The notes under the pieces are model-generated. The model was not told the origin of the DNA. It worked only from the letters and a program-made list of their open reading frames with translations, and ran no database searches. The translations under genes and the position numbers were made by a program. Shown here piece by piece: positions 51,452-61,383 of a stretch of DNA of 64,000 bases; positions within the stretch are counted from its first letter, which is position 1; every line of letters begins with the position of its first letter. This DNA is from a virus: IMG/VR virus record IMGVR_UViG_3300045988_152178. The stretch is one strand, 5' to 3'.

Positions 51452-54400
51452 ATGGCAAAGAATAAAACAGAGGCTATCATCACGCTCAACGGCCAGCAAC
51501 CGCTCCAGGTATTGAAGCAGTTGCAGGAGGCAGCAGCGGGTATATCCGACCAGTTAGATGCGGCTCAGGCGAAGCTGAAAACCCTGAAGCCGAACACTGA
51601 CCCATATAAAGCCCTCGTTGCAACCATCAATGATTTGAAGAAGCAGTATGATTTGCTGGCTTCTGCACAGATTAAGGATATTTCTGCCAATGAGCGTTTA
51701 CAGAGCGTGGTGGACCAGCTCAGTAATACTTCGCTCCGTCAACTTCGCCGTGCATTGGGCGACGGCAAGCGTCAGCTCGAAGGCTTGTCGGAGGCAGAGC
51801 TGGAGCAGGCTAATTCCATCCGTGCGATGATGAAGACAGTAGGCGACCAGATACGTCTGCTGGAAGGAAAGTATGTAAAGATACGTGAGGGATTGGCAAG
51901 CATCGGTACGCAAAGCGACCAATGGCTCAGTAAGGCTATTGCACAGCAGAAAGACCTTATGGACTATACCCGACGCGGTACGAAGGAGTATAAAGAGCAG
52001 GAGCAGGTGATGCAGATGCTTACCGCCGAGCAGAATAAGCGCAATGCCGCCGTTTCTGCCGAAGCTGCTGCCAAGCGTCAGGCTCAGTTCAAGCAGCAGG
52101 TAGCATCGTCAAGACAGATGCTTTCATCTACCGACACGATGAAGAACCATTCGCAGACTGAAATCCAGACTGCCATCAATACCCTGAAACAGGCACAGGG
52201 TCAGAGTAATATCGGTGGCAACGAGTGGAAGCAGTATGCTGATGAGATAGCCAAGGCAGAGGAGCGGCTTGCATCGCTTGCCGGTAAGGTAAAGGAAGTG
52301 AAGCAGGTAATGTCCGAAAAGGATGCCAAGGACACTATTACCTTTATGGATAGTCATACCGAAGGTGAGGTTCGTGAGGCTATCAATACCCTCAGACTTC
52401 TTCAGGCGCAGACGCATATCGGTAGCGAGGAATGGAAAAAATACGCTATCTCTATTGCCGATGCAGAGGAGAGTCTGGCTAAACTCACGGGTAAGGCGAA
52501 GGAGGTAAAGGAAGAGCTTTCTCTTACTGAAACGAATGAGCGATTGAAAACTTTAGGCGAGCAGTCTGAGCAGAGTTTGCAGGATATGCTCAGAGTTCTT
52601 CAGGAGGCTAAAGTTTCGATGAAGCCGTTCTCTAAGGAATGGGAAGACCTGGCTGCGAAAATCGACAGCGTGAAGACCCGAATGGCAGATGTTGCCAGCA
52701 ACTCGCCTTTCGAGCGTAACTATGATACCGCTCAGAAGATGGCTCGACAGGATGGATTGTTGGATAAAGAGGGTTCCCTTCGCAATCCGACTAAAAATGA
52801 CCTGGAATGGTCTAAAAGCTATCTCCAGAAGGAATTGGGCAATACTTCTCCTTTTGAAACTGTCAAGATAGCGGAAATAAAGGAAGCTCTTGGTATGTTG
52901 GACGAACGCCTCAGTGCGTTCAAGGATAATGCCGATAAGTCTGCCATGTCTGCTGAGAAACTGAATGAGGTTCTTAGTAATATGAAGACCGCCTCTCTTG
53001 ATGATCTGAAAGCCGCGTCTGCCGAACTGAATAAGCAACTTGGCAAGCTGGCTCCATCTTCCGATGCAGCCAAGCAGGTAAAACAGCAGTTGCAAGCCCT
53101 GGATAAGGAAATCAAGCAGGTGGAGGATGATGTGGTAGATGTAAATGATGTCATCGCCCGCAGCAAAAAAGGCAAGGCTTCTATCGAGGAACTTAAAAAA
53201 GCCTATCAGCAGTTACAAGCCGAGTTGAATAAAATCAATACCGGCGACGAGGAATTTAAGAATAAGCAGAAGGCTCTAAAAGATCTGAAAAAGGAGATTG
53301 ATAATGTGACCGGTGCAGCACAGAAACAAGGTGGTGCTTGGCATACGGCTTTAAAGAACCTTACGGCATACGTGGGTCTCTTCCAGGCATTTAACGCTAT
53401 TAAAGATACTGTTACTTCCGCTATCAAGAAGAACTTTGAATACTCTTCTTCTTTGACGGATATTCGTAAGGTGTCCGGACTCACGATGCAGGATGTCAAT
53501 AAGCTGTCTGAGGAATTGGCTAAGATAGATACTCGTACTTCTGTTGATGGTTTGGCTGAACTTGCTTACCAGGGTGCAAAACTCGGTATGGGTAAGTATG
53601 GCGTGGAAGGTATGGCTCAGTTCGTAAAAGCTGCCGACCAGATCAATGTAGCCATCGGCGAGGAGATGGGCGAGGAAGCGCTGCCGGCTCTTTCTAAGAT
53701 GGTGGAGACGATGGGCCTTATCCCGAAGATGGGTATCGAGAAAGCGATGCTTGCTACGGGTTCGGCTATGTTTAAGTTGGCTTCTACCTCTACCGCCACA
53801 TCTGGCAATATCGTAGAGTTTGCCAAGCGATTAACCGGTGTGAGCCGTACAGCAGGTATTACTACCGACCAGTTGTTGGCACTCGGTTCTGCATCTGATT
53901 CTCTCTTCCTGATGCCGGAAGTGAGTGCTACGGCTATGTCTAAGTTTATCGTAGCCTTGCAGAAGAACCATAACCTTATCGAGAAGGATTTGGGCATTCA
54001 GCAGGGTACCATCAAGAATATGTATGCTGCTGGTAACGCCATGGATGCTATTGTTCTTGTATTAGAGAAGATGCGTGACAAGGGCAATATGAATGCTTTG
54101 GGCAGTATCTTTAAAGACCTTGGCTCCGATGGCCAGCGACTCGTTACCGCTATGGTAACTATGTCTAAGAACGTAGATGTGCTGAAAGACCATCTTTACG
54201 AATCTCAGGAGGCATTCGAGGAGGCGACGGCTGTAACCAGTGAGTACACGATGCAGCAGCAGTCAGCAGCAGGTATATTGGATAGAGCCAATAACCTTTG
54301 GGAAAAGGCATTTGTCAACCCTGATGGCGTGGAAAGTGTGAAGGCTATGGCGCAGGCTTGGTACGATATGTCGCAGATGATACTTCAGAGTCCTATTTTT

Positions 54401-57400
54401 AAAGGTACTCTGCAAGGTGCTCTCTCAATGGTTATCACCTCCTGCAAGATATTCGTTACCCTTTTGCCGCTCATCATGAATTATCTGGTTGGTCTGGGTA
54501 TTTGGAAAGCGGCTGCATTTATGTGGGACTTCGGCAAGGCTATCTGGGCAGCAGCAAAGGCGCAGGCAGGCTTTAACACTGTTACGAAATTAAATCCATA
54601 CGTAGCATTGGCAAGCGTTCTTGTTACGATTGTCGGTGTATTCTATTCTTATGCCAATGCCGCAAGCGAGGCAGCAGCAGCTGAAGCTGAGGCAAAGCGT
54701 AAGGCTGGCGAATGGAAGAATAAATTAGGCGAAGCTGAGAAGCAGACGGATGATTTGACCCGAAAACTGCATTCTTATAAGGTAGCTCTCGAAGCTGTCA
54801 ATCTTTCGCAGAAAGACCGCAATACTCAGATTGCTCGATTTAACAAGGATTTCCGTCAGTACATTAACAAACTTGGTATTGAAATCAAGAGTGTGGATGA
54901 TCTGCGTAAGCATTATAGTGCTCTTTCTTTGGAAATTCAGCGTGCCACTTACTACCGACTCCGTGAGGAGGCAAAGCAGGACGCTCTTCCTGGTTATCAG
55001 AAAGACAGACTTGCTGCTGCTAACATGGTTAAGAAATATATCAGTGAGAACGATTTTAAGTATGGTGGTTTCACGGTAAAGGATATTATTCGATGGTTCC
55101 AAAAAGGTGCAGATGCTAATGCAGCATACTCTTACTTGATAAAAGGCTCCTTAAAAAATACTTATGTCAATGGAAAGCTGGGTGGAGCAAATAAGGATAT
55201 TAAGTTCAATTTTAAAACGGGTGAATATTCTTATGACCGCAAAAATAAAAATGGAGCTACACGTGACAGTGATTACGAGTTGTTATCTCGTCTTCGTTAT
55301 CTTTATAATGCAACAAATAGGGAGCAGAATAAAGAGGATGAAATTAACGATTATTTCAGTCCGTTCGTTCCGAAAGACTATGTTCCTTGGGAAGAGGATA
55401 CTCCTGGTACACTTGAAAATGATGCACCTGATAAAGATGCGATCAGTGCTGCGAAGCGGGAGGCACGTGAACATAAACAGGCATTGCGCGAGCAGCAGCG
55501 TTCCTGGCGTGATGAGTTGAAGCAGAAGCAGGACGAGGCAAGCGCTATCATGGATAACGTGCGCAACTTCTATGAGCGTCAGATTAATGAAAAGCTATCC
55601 CAGGCGGTAAGCCTCGGAAGGGATGAGACAGAGCAGAAATTCTACATAGAACCGATAAAGAGACGTATGAACGAAGCTCTTGCTCAAGTACGCCTTGCTA
55701 TCGCTGGTCAGGCTAACACCTGGGAGGAGTTCAAGAAGACGATGGATAATGATCTTGTTGAGAAGACCGATGAGACTGGCGTGAATCTTTCTCAAAATCT
55801 CCTCGCTTCCATCCAAAAGAATAACGTCGATGCCCTGCGTGAGAAGATGGCTCAGTTGGGTAATAGTCTGAACCGCCCGATGAACTCCATCACGTCTGAA
55901 ATCTTTGCCAAGGCTACCAAGAATCAGCAGAATAATATAACGTTGGAGGCTCAACAGGCAGAAGCCCGACGGAAGATAGCCCGAGAGCACAACTATACGG
56001 GAGCTGTGCAGCAGAATATGTACGATGATTTCAATCAGATGGGCTTTGCCAATCCAACCGATTTTGAGTTGGCAGATGAAGAGTCTGCAGAAAGACGTAA
56101 GAAGCATATCATCGCCATGTATGAGCAGGCAAGAAAGCAAATCGCCAACCTTTATACAGTTGATGTCAATGATAAAAAGGGCAGGGGATTGCTGATGCAG
56201 ATGCTCTTTGGCGATGATCCTTATGTACTGGGTGCCCGCGTTCAGAGCGTGCTGGGTGATAATGCGGAAGACTGGCGTGTGTTCTACAACAAGCTCATTC
56301 AGTATTCCGATGAATATACTGAGGCGCAGAAAAAGACCTACGACCAGGCAAAAAAGATTGCCGAGCAGATGTGGAAGGTCAACCAGCGCAATCTTGCCAA
56401 CCAGGAAGCCCTTCGCAAGATGCAGCAGGAAAGTGCGCTCTTTGGCAAGCGAACCAATATGTGGTCGAACCTCGGTCTCGGCGACCTTACCGCTGACCCA
56501 GAGGTGGAGCTGATGAAGATGAAGATGCAGATGGCAGAAGATTATTATGCTTTCGTTTTCAAAAACTCACGTAACAAGCAGCTCCTCGACGAAGCAGACA
56601 AGGCTCGGCAGGAGGCAGAACTTGCCTACGTCAACCAAATGGCAACGGCGATGAAGAACCGACTCTCGCAGATGCAGCAGCTCGTGCAGCCTATCGAAAC
56701 CTTCGGTTCGGAAGTAGGCAAGGCATTTGCTGAAATGCGCAACGATGTAAGCAGCGCACAGGAGAGTATCAAGAACGCTCTGAAGTCTATGCTTGAGTCA
56801 TGGGCTAATATGGCGCTCAACGACGTGAATACGCAGATGTGGAAGGCAATCAACGATGCAGGTGCCAAGCGAGCTAAGAAGAAAGCGCAGCCTGATATTG
56901 ATAAAGCAAGAGCCAATGCTGATGCCAATGCCGTGAAGGAAGATTTCTCAAATCTCGGCACAAAGGCGAACCCGATGTACGTGCGACTGGTAGATGAGGG
57001 TGCAGCTTACCTTACTCCGCAGCCGCAGTCTAACTTTGAGAAGATGACTCTACAGCAGCCTTCTCTCGGTTGGAATCCTGATGGTTCGCCTATCAATAAC
57101 AGTCCGGCGATTGTGCCTCCTTATGCGCCTCCTGCTACTCCTGAGCAGCCGAATACGCAATCACAGGGCAGTGGTGCGCCTCGTGCATGGGAGCATCGCA
57201 ACAGAGACAATGCTAATGCGTTCTACAATGATGCAGCAACACAAACTGGTGCAGCAGCCGCCGATGCTATCGCAGGTGGCGGTTCCTTCGCTGATGCCGC
57301 AGCCGGTATCACTGGTTCCTTCATCGGCGGTGTGATGAATACCGAGTTTAAGAAGGGTGGTAAATCCAAGGAAGACAAGGAGAAAGCCGACCAGTTGAAG

Positions 57401-58381
57401 AAGGAGAAGAAGCACCAAAAGGAACTGAGTAAAGAGGTCAAGAAGGGCAATAAGGATCGTGAGAAGGTTACCACGCAGGGTGTTCAAAACATCACGAATG
57501 TGACGGATGCCGGAAACAAGGAGCAGACCGAGGGCACAAAGATAGCTTTGAATACAGGCATGGCTATGACGGAAACGGCACTCACTACCAACCTCGCCAA
57601 TACTCAGGCTAACAATGAGGCAATCACCCAATCGGATGCAGCCCGCACGCAAGCGGGAATGACCTTCTCTATCGCTGGTGCCATCGGTAAGTGCTTCGAC
57701 TTCCTGGGTCCTATCGCGGGTCCTATTGCAGCCGCAGGTGTGATGGCTACCCTCATGGGCTTGCTCCAGTGGGCACTCAATTCTGCATTCAGCGGCAGCA
57801 AGAAGAAGAGTAATACCAATACTACCAACACCAAGCTTGTAACCGGTATGCTTACCTACGATTCCGGAAACGTTCAAGACTTGAAGCCATTTGTGGCTGA
57901 TAATGGCGAGGTGTATTGGGCAAAGGAGGATGATGGCAAGCAGATGCAGGGCGTGAAGATGCTTACGTCTCCAACCGCCACTACCGTGAACGGGCAGCCG
58001 TCTCTCGTAGCCGAGAGAGGACCAGAAATCGTGATTGGTAGGGAAACCACCCACGCCATGATGATGAATAATCCTGGCTTGCTGAAAGCCCTCGTAAACT
58101 ACGATCGCAACTATTCCGGAAGAAACTCAGCAAGAAGGGCATTTGATAATGGCAATGTGGGTGATGTCCTTGCAGCAGGCAATGGTAATCTTTCGTCTGG
58201 CGCGTCAGCGGCAGACGGACTATTAGCAGCCAATGCAGCAAGCAATGCGGCGCTCCTACAAGCCGTGAATGCGCTCATTCAGCGCCTGAATCAGCCTATC
58301 AACGCCAAGGTTAACATGTATGGTCGTGACGGACTGTATGACAGTCTGGATAAGGCTAACCAGTTTATGAAGAATAAATAG
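51452..58381 (+). CDS. Tail tape measure protein (2309 aa)
   Basis: Core SSLTDIRKVSGLTMQDVNKLSEELAKIDTRTSVDGLAELAYQGAKLG... is typical of the TP901-type tape measure domain. There are long coiled-coil regions, central TM segments and a C-terminal ...AERGPEIVIG. Confidence 0.9.
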   Translation: MAKNKTEAIITLNGQQPLQVLKQLQEAAAGISDQLDAAQAKLKTLKPNTDPYKALVATINDLKKQYDLLASAQIKDISANERLQSVVDQLSNTSLRQLRRALGDGKRQLEGLSEAELEQANSIRAMMKTVGDQIRLLEGKYVKIREGLASIGTQSDQWLSKAIAQQKDLMDYTRRGTKEYKEQEQVMQMLTAEQNKRNAAVSAEAAAKRQAQFKQQVASSRQMLSSTDTMKNHSQTEIQTAINTLKQAQGQSNIGGNEWKQYADEIAKAEERLASLAGKVKEVKQVMSEKDAKDTITFMDSHTEGEVREAINTLRLLQAQTHIGSEEWKKYAISIADAEESLAKLTGKAKEVKEELSLTETNERLKTLGEQSEQSLQDMLRVLQEAKVSMKPFSKEWEDLAAKIDSVKTRMADVASNSPFERNYDTAQKMARQDGLLDKEGSLRNPTKNDLEWSKSYLQKELGNTSPFETVKIAEIKEALGMLDERLSAFKDNADKSAMSAEKLNEVLSNMKTASLDDLKAASAELNKQLGKLAPSSDAAKQVKQQLQALDKEIKQVEDDVVDVNDVIARSKKGKASIEELKKAYQQLQAELNKINTGDEEFKNKQKALKDLKKEIDNVTGAAQKQGGAWHTALKNLTAYVGLFQAFNAIKDTVTSAIKKNFEYSSSLTDIRKVSGLTMQDVNKLSEELAKIDTRTSVDGLAELAYQGAKLGMGKYGVEGMAQFVKAADQINVAIGEEMGEEALPALSKMVETMGLIPKMGIEKAMLATGSAMFKLASTSTATSGNIVEFAKRLTGVSRTAGITTDQLLALGSASDSLFLMPEVSATAMSKFIVALQKNHNLIEKDLGIQQGTIKNMYAAGNAMDAIVLVLEKMRDKGNMNALGSIFKDLGSDGQRLVTAMVTMSKNVDVLKDHLYESQEAFEEATAVTSEYTMQQQSAAGILDRANNLWEKAFVNPDGVESVKAMAQAWYDMSQMILQSPIFKGTLQGALSMVITSCKIFVTLLPLIMNYLVGLGIWKAAAFMWDFGKAIWAAAKAQAGFNTVTKLNPYVALASVLVTIVGVFYSYANAASEAAAAEAEAKRKAGEWKNKLGEAEKQTDDLTRKLHSYKVALEAVNLSQKDRNTQIARFNKDFRQYINKLGIEIKSVDDLRKHYSALSLEIQRATYYRLREEAKQDALPGYQKDRLAAANMVKKYISENDFKYGGFTVKDIIRWFQKGADANAAYSYLIKGSLKNTYVNGKLGGANKDIKFNFKTGEYSYDRKNKNGATRDSDYELLSRLRYLYNATNREQNKEDEINDYFSPFVPKDYVPWEEDTPGTLENDAPDKDAISAAKREAREHKQALREQQRSWRDELKQKQDEASAIMDNVRNFYERQINEKLSQAVSLGRDETEQKFYIEPIKRRMNEALAQVRLAIAGQANTWEEFKKTMDNDLVEKTDETGVNLSQNLLASIQKNNVDALREKMAQLGNSLNRPMNSITSEIFAKATKNQQNNITLEAQQAEARRKIAREHNYTGAVQQNMYDDFNQMGFANPTDFELADEESAERRKKHIIAMYEQARKQIANLYTVDVNDKKGRGLLMQMLFGDDPYVLGARVQSVLGDNAEDWRVFYNKLIQYSDEYTEAQKKTYDQAKKIAEQMWKVNQRNLANQEALRKMQQESALFGKRTNMWSNLGLGDLTADPEVELMKMKMQMAEDYYAFVFKNSRNKQLLDEADKARQEAELAYVNQMATAMKNRLSQMQQLVQPIETFGSEVGKAFAEMRNDVSSAQESIKNALKSMLESWANMALNDVNTQMWKAINDAGAKRAKKKAQPDIDKARANADANAVKEDFSNLGTKANPMYVRLVDEGAAYLTPQPQSNFEKMTLQQPSLGWNPDGSPINNSPAIVPPYAPPATPEQPNTQSQGSGAPRAWEHRNRDNANAFYNDAATQTGAAAADAIAGGGSFADAAAGITGSFIGGVMNTEFKKGGKSKEDKEKADQLKKEKKHQKELSKEVKKGNKDREKVTTQGVQNITNVTDAGNKEQTEGTKIALNTGMAMTETALTTNLANTQANNEAITQSDAARTQAGMTFSIAGAIGKCFDFLGPIAGPIAAAGVMATLMGLLQWALNSAFSGSKKKSNTNTTNTKLVTGMLTYDSGNVQDLKPFVADNGEVYWAKEDDGKQMQGVKMLTSPTATTVNGQPSLVAERGPEIVIGRETTHAMMMNNPGLLKALVNYDRNYSGRNSARRAFDNGNVGDVLAAGNGNLSSGASAADGLLAANAASNAALLQAVNALIQRLNQPINAKVNMYGRDGLYDSLDKANQFMKNK

Positions 58382-58446
58382 AAGAAGGTTTTGTTGATTG
58401 TTAGTTGTTAAGTTTTTTAAGTTTATTATTATTATGTTTTTCAAGA

Positions 58447-58478
58447 CTGTTTCGCTGTGAAGCGAGGCAGCCTTTTTT
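58447..58478 (+). terminator. Rho-independent terminator after the tape measure gene
   Basis: CTGTTTCGCT gtga AGCGAGGCAG (10 bp including two G:U pairs), followed by CCTTTTTT. Confidence 0.7.
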
Positions 58479-58492
58479 CTTTAAATTTCTTT

Positions 58493-59053
58493 TTGGTCCC
58501 ATTTTGCGGCCAACCTCATATTTTAGTGGGCTTTTGATAACTCGCTGATTTTGTGGGCTTTTTAATCTCAAAAACATATCTTGGTCTCATTTTTCGCCGA
58601 AATTCACTACTATATATAAAATTTCCCGTGTATTTTTTCTTTTCCCTAAAATCAAAAACCCCTAACCTCAAATTAGAAGTTAGTAGCATTAACGGCTTTG
58701 CCGTAAACATCAGATAATAAGGTAGTTATGTGGATAAGTGGGAGTGGCAACTAGCGAGAGAAATGCAGGATTTTTTACATATATTCTATATATTTCTGAA
58801 ATATTTTGTTTCTTCTGCGTACATTAGTTTATAGAAAATGAGATAAAAATGAGACCAAGATAAAGCAAATCGCTGAAAAACAAGCAGATAACTGAAAAAG
58901 AATAGGGGACCAAGATGGGGACAGCAGTGGGTCAGCAGTGGGACAAAATACGCCATTTTAGCAATTAGGGGACTTTAACAATTCGCCCTTCAAAATAAAA
59001 ATGAGACCAAAATCGGCAAAATGGGACCAAAAATCGAATTTTGGTCCCATTTT
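58493..59053. repeat. Array of six 13-bp boxes AAAATGRGACCAA (three forward, three reverse), including a perfect 15-bp-arm palindrome
   Basis: Reverse copies at 58493-58505, 58581-58593 and 59041-59053. Forward copies at 58846-58858, 58998-59010 and 59018-59030. Palindrome at 59018-59053. Also GTGGGCTTTT x2 (58526, 58553) and CAGCAGTGGG x2 (58922, 58933). Confidence 0.85.
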
Positions 59054-59075
59054 TGAAAAAACATCCTCCTCGCCC

Positions 59076-59100
59076 CCGTTCCCAGCGATTCCATCGCTGG
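59076..59100 (+). repeat. Conserved hairpin element, copy F
   Basis: Exact consensus CCGTTCCCAGCGATTCCATCGCTGG. Confidence 0.9.
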
Positions 59101-59189
59101 TTCCCCCTCTCAACCTATATTAAATGTTAAAAATATAACTTATTTCAAATATTATATAGCTTACATATACTCTTTTCGATTTATTTTTG

Positions 59190-59197
59190 TATTTTTG
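59190..59197 (+). promoter_or_regulatory. TAnnTTTG -7 box (TATTTTTG)
   Basis: 33 nt upstream of the ATG at 59231. Confidence 0.4.
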
Positions 59198-59230
59198 CAG
59201 CAGATTTTATATAAATAATATATGTAAGGT

Positions 59231-60307
59231 ATGTTTGAGGAGATATGTTCCATCTATCGGGATGCGAAAGATGCACTTGGAAGATACGTCGATATGGAGA
59301 CGGGCGAGTGCATCCAGCAGATGTCTATCCGTGAGTTCTGTCTGACGGACAGATGGAAGCCGTATGTAGAAAAACTTCGAGCCATGCGGCAGGAATTTGG
59401 CAGCAAGGCTAAGAAGATGCCGGAATACGTAGATACCAAGAAGATGCTTCCTGGTGCCACACTGAGCGGTCTCTTCGCTACCTACGAGGACGATAGCCTT
59501 ACCCATCCAGGCCAACGTGTGATGGTTTCCCGAAGAGAAAGCCATCTGCAGCAGCATACCGGATGGCTCACCATCGACATCGACCTTCAGGACAACCAGC
59601 AGCTTACCAGCTTTGAGAATATCCGCATGGTGTCTCGCTTTCGTCCAGAAATCGGTTTGCTGATGCGTTCTTGTTCGGGTACCGGATATTTCGGATTGGT
59701 TCGCCTGGCTTATCCCGACAGGCATAAGGAGCAGTTCAAGGCTATCCTCAAGGAATATTCCGCCCTGGGTATCGTGCTCGATAAGCAGTGTGGCAATATC
59801 GGACGTGTGCGCTTCGCCTCATGGGATGATGCAGACCACATCTATATTAATACTCATGTGCAGCCTTATCAAGGTTTGGCGACAGATGAACCGCAGGTGA
59901 TACCACAAGCAAGACCGATGTATCGGCAACCGCAGAGTAACGCCTCCAGCGCTTACGGTAATGGCTACGACAATAAAGCCTTCTGGAATGATCCTCGCAC
60001 GCAAGACCGCATCATCGAACTCATCGTAAAAGCACTGGTGAGCCGACGTATCAACATCACGGAAAGTTACGATGAGTGGACCAAGGCAGGTTGGGCATTG
60101 AAGGCGCATCCCTACGGCGAGCGTCTGTTTCACGAGCTTTCGGCATGCAGCCGGAAGTACAACGCTGCCCAGGTATCACAGAAGTGGCGGCAGCTAGGCA
60201 GCAGCCATACCATAAGCTATCATTACCTTATCCATGCCTGCAAGGTGAATTTAGGCGAAGGAGAATATCACTCTATCCTGCAGCAAGTATGGAGAGAAAG
60301 AGGCTAA
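59231..60307 (+). CDS. Primase-like protein (BT4734/VirE-N-like domain plus PriCT-2-like C-terminal domain)
   Basis: LMRSCSGTGYFGLVRLA...GNIGRVRFASWD resembles the BT4734-like N-terminal domain. DEWTKAGWALKAHPYGERLFHELSACSRKYNAAQVSQKWRQL resembles PriCT-2. Confidence 0.55.
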   Translation: MFEEICSIYRDAKDALGRYVDMETGECIQQMSIREFCLTDRWKPYVEKLRAMRQEFGSKAKKMPEYVDTKKMLPGATLSGLFATYEDDSLTHPGQRVMVSRRESHLQQHTGWLTIDIDLQDNQQLTSFENIRMVSRFRPEIGLLMRSCSGTGYFGLVRLAYPDRHKEQFKAILKEYSALGIVLDKQCGNIGRVRFASWDDADHIYINTHVQPYQGLATDEPQVIPQARPMYRQPQSNASSAYGNGYDNKAFWNDPRTQDRIIELIVKALVSRRINITESYDEWTKAGWALKAHPYGERLFHELSACSRKYNAAQVSQKWRQLGSSHTISYHYLIHACKVNLGEGEYHSILQQVWRERG

Positions 60308-60344
60308 TAAGAAAAGTTTTTTTATACAATAAAGATTAAAGATT

Positions 60345-60628
60345 ATGGCAAAAAGAAAAGTAGAAATCCCGAAGGGGGCATGGCTCGACAAGAAAGGTCA
60401 GCGATGGATGAAAGTAATGTTTGATGTGATGTCCGGTTTCGGGGGGGTGAGAAGTTCATCCGTCAGATCAATTTGGACTTCCCCTGCGACTTCGATTTCG
60501 GGCTGAAAAGATATGTAGTTAATATGGGTGATTATGGTAATCTGCGAAACGTTGTGTTGCAGAATTACCCATCGCTGGCAAGGTATGGAGCCTTTCGACT
60601 GGTGATGACAACTCATCAAGTAAAATGA
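60345..60628 (+). CDS. hypothetical protein interrupted by a frameshift at a G7 run (about 94 aa if fused)
   Basis: MAKRKVEIPKGAWLDKKGQRWMKVMFDVMSGFGG, then in the -1 frame EKFIRQINLDFPCDFDFGLKRYVVNMGDYGNLRNVVLQNYPSLARYGAFRLVMTTHQVK. The frames meet at G7 (60441-60447). Confidence 0.5.
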
Positions 60629-60635
60629 TAAGATT

Positions 60636-61169
60636 ATGAAATTGATAACGATTATTGGCCCCTCTGGGGCTGGCAAGGACACGGTGGCACTCATGTTGTC
60701 TGTCATCCTAGGCTATGATGTGCTCTGTTCCTACACCACCCGTCCGATGCGGGAAGGCGAAGTTGACGGCAAGGAGCATCATTTTGTCAAGGAATGCAAC
60801 GTTCCCAAAAGCGAAATGCTTGCTTATACCCGATACGGAAACTATGAGTATTGGACGGAGAAGAAGCAGGTAGATGGTGCAGCCATTTACGTCATCGACG
60901 AGAAAGGACTGATGGAGCTGATGGAGCGTTACCCGAAGGTTAAGATCATCACCGTTTATGTTTCGGCAAAGCCGGAAACTCTGAAGAAACGTGGTATCTC
61001 CGAGGAACGTACCGACAGAGATCAGTATCGTGTTCAGATTGATGTCAACAGCTACGATTATGTGATACCGAACAACCGCACGATGTTCCATCTTTGGGAC
61101 TACGTTTCTTTCGTAGCCAAGAAGATTAGGGAGCAGGAATTGGGTATACCTAATCATGCTGTAAAGTAA
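60636..61169 (+). CDS. Guanylate-kinase-like nucleoside monophosphate kinase
   Basis: P-loop GPSGAGKDT. TTRPMREGEVDGKEHHFV matches the guanylate kinase signature T-[ST]-R-x2-[KR]-x2-[DE]-x2-G-x2-Y-x-[FY] except Y to H. Confidence 0.75.
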   Translation: MKLITIIGPSGAGKDTVALMLSVILGYDVLCSYTTRPMREGEVDGKEHHFVKECNVPKSEMLAYTRYGNYEYWTEKKQVDGAAIYVIDEKGLMELMERYPKVKIITVYVSAKPETLKKRGISEERTDRDQYRVQIDVNSYDYVIPNNRTMFHLWDYVSFVAKKIREQELGIPNHAVK

Positions 61170-61199
61170 GTTCAAAGTGAATATCCAGTACCGTTACAA

Positions 61200-61232
61200 T
61201 ACAGACTGAGTACAGACTGAGTACAGACTGGG
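61200..61232. repeat. 11-bp tandem repeat TACAGACTGRG x3
   Basis: Read directly in the kinase-thyX intergenic region. Confidence 0.85.
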
Positions 61233-61245
61233 CACAGATAAAATA

Positions 61246-61356
61246 ATGGCAAAAATAACTACCCATTCACCCATCGCGGGTATATCAGGCAAGCTGCATA
61301 AGATAGGTAACATCTTTGCCTTTGTCTCCAATCGGTATGGCGTGATAGATTTTTAA
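61246..61356 (+). CDS. small hypothetical protein (36 aa, below the track cut-off)
   Basis: Reads MAKITTHSPIAGISGKLHKIGNIFAFVSNRYGVIDF. The aaaataATGGCAAAAA start context is shared with many genes here. Confidence 0.3.
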   Translation: MAKITTHSPIAGISGKLHKIGNIFAFVSNRYGVIDF

Positions 61357-61383
61357 TATATAAAACATCAAATAAGAAACAAT

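Noticed and set aside
51648-58241. Many antisense or out-of-frame track ORFs inside the tape measure gene (for example 57161-58054, 52553-53095, 55595-56140)
   Set aside because: They lie wholly within a strongly supported 2309-aa CDS. Their low-complexity Leu/Ser/Arg-rich composition is typical of shadow ORFs.
58516-58710. 64-aa minus-strand ORF inside the box array
   Set aside because: Lys/Phe-rich with no start context. It spans repeated boxes and is most likely non-coding.
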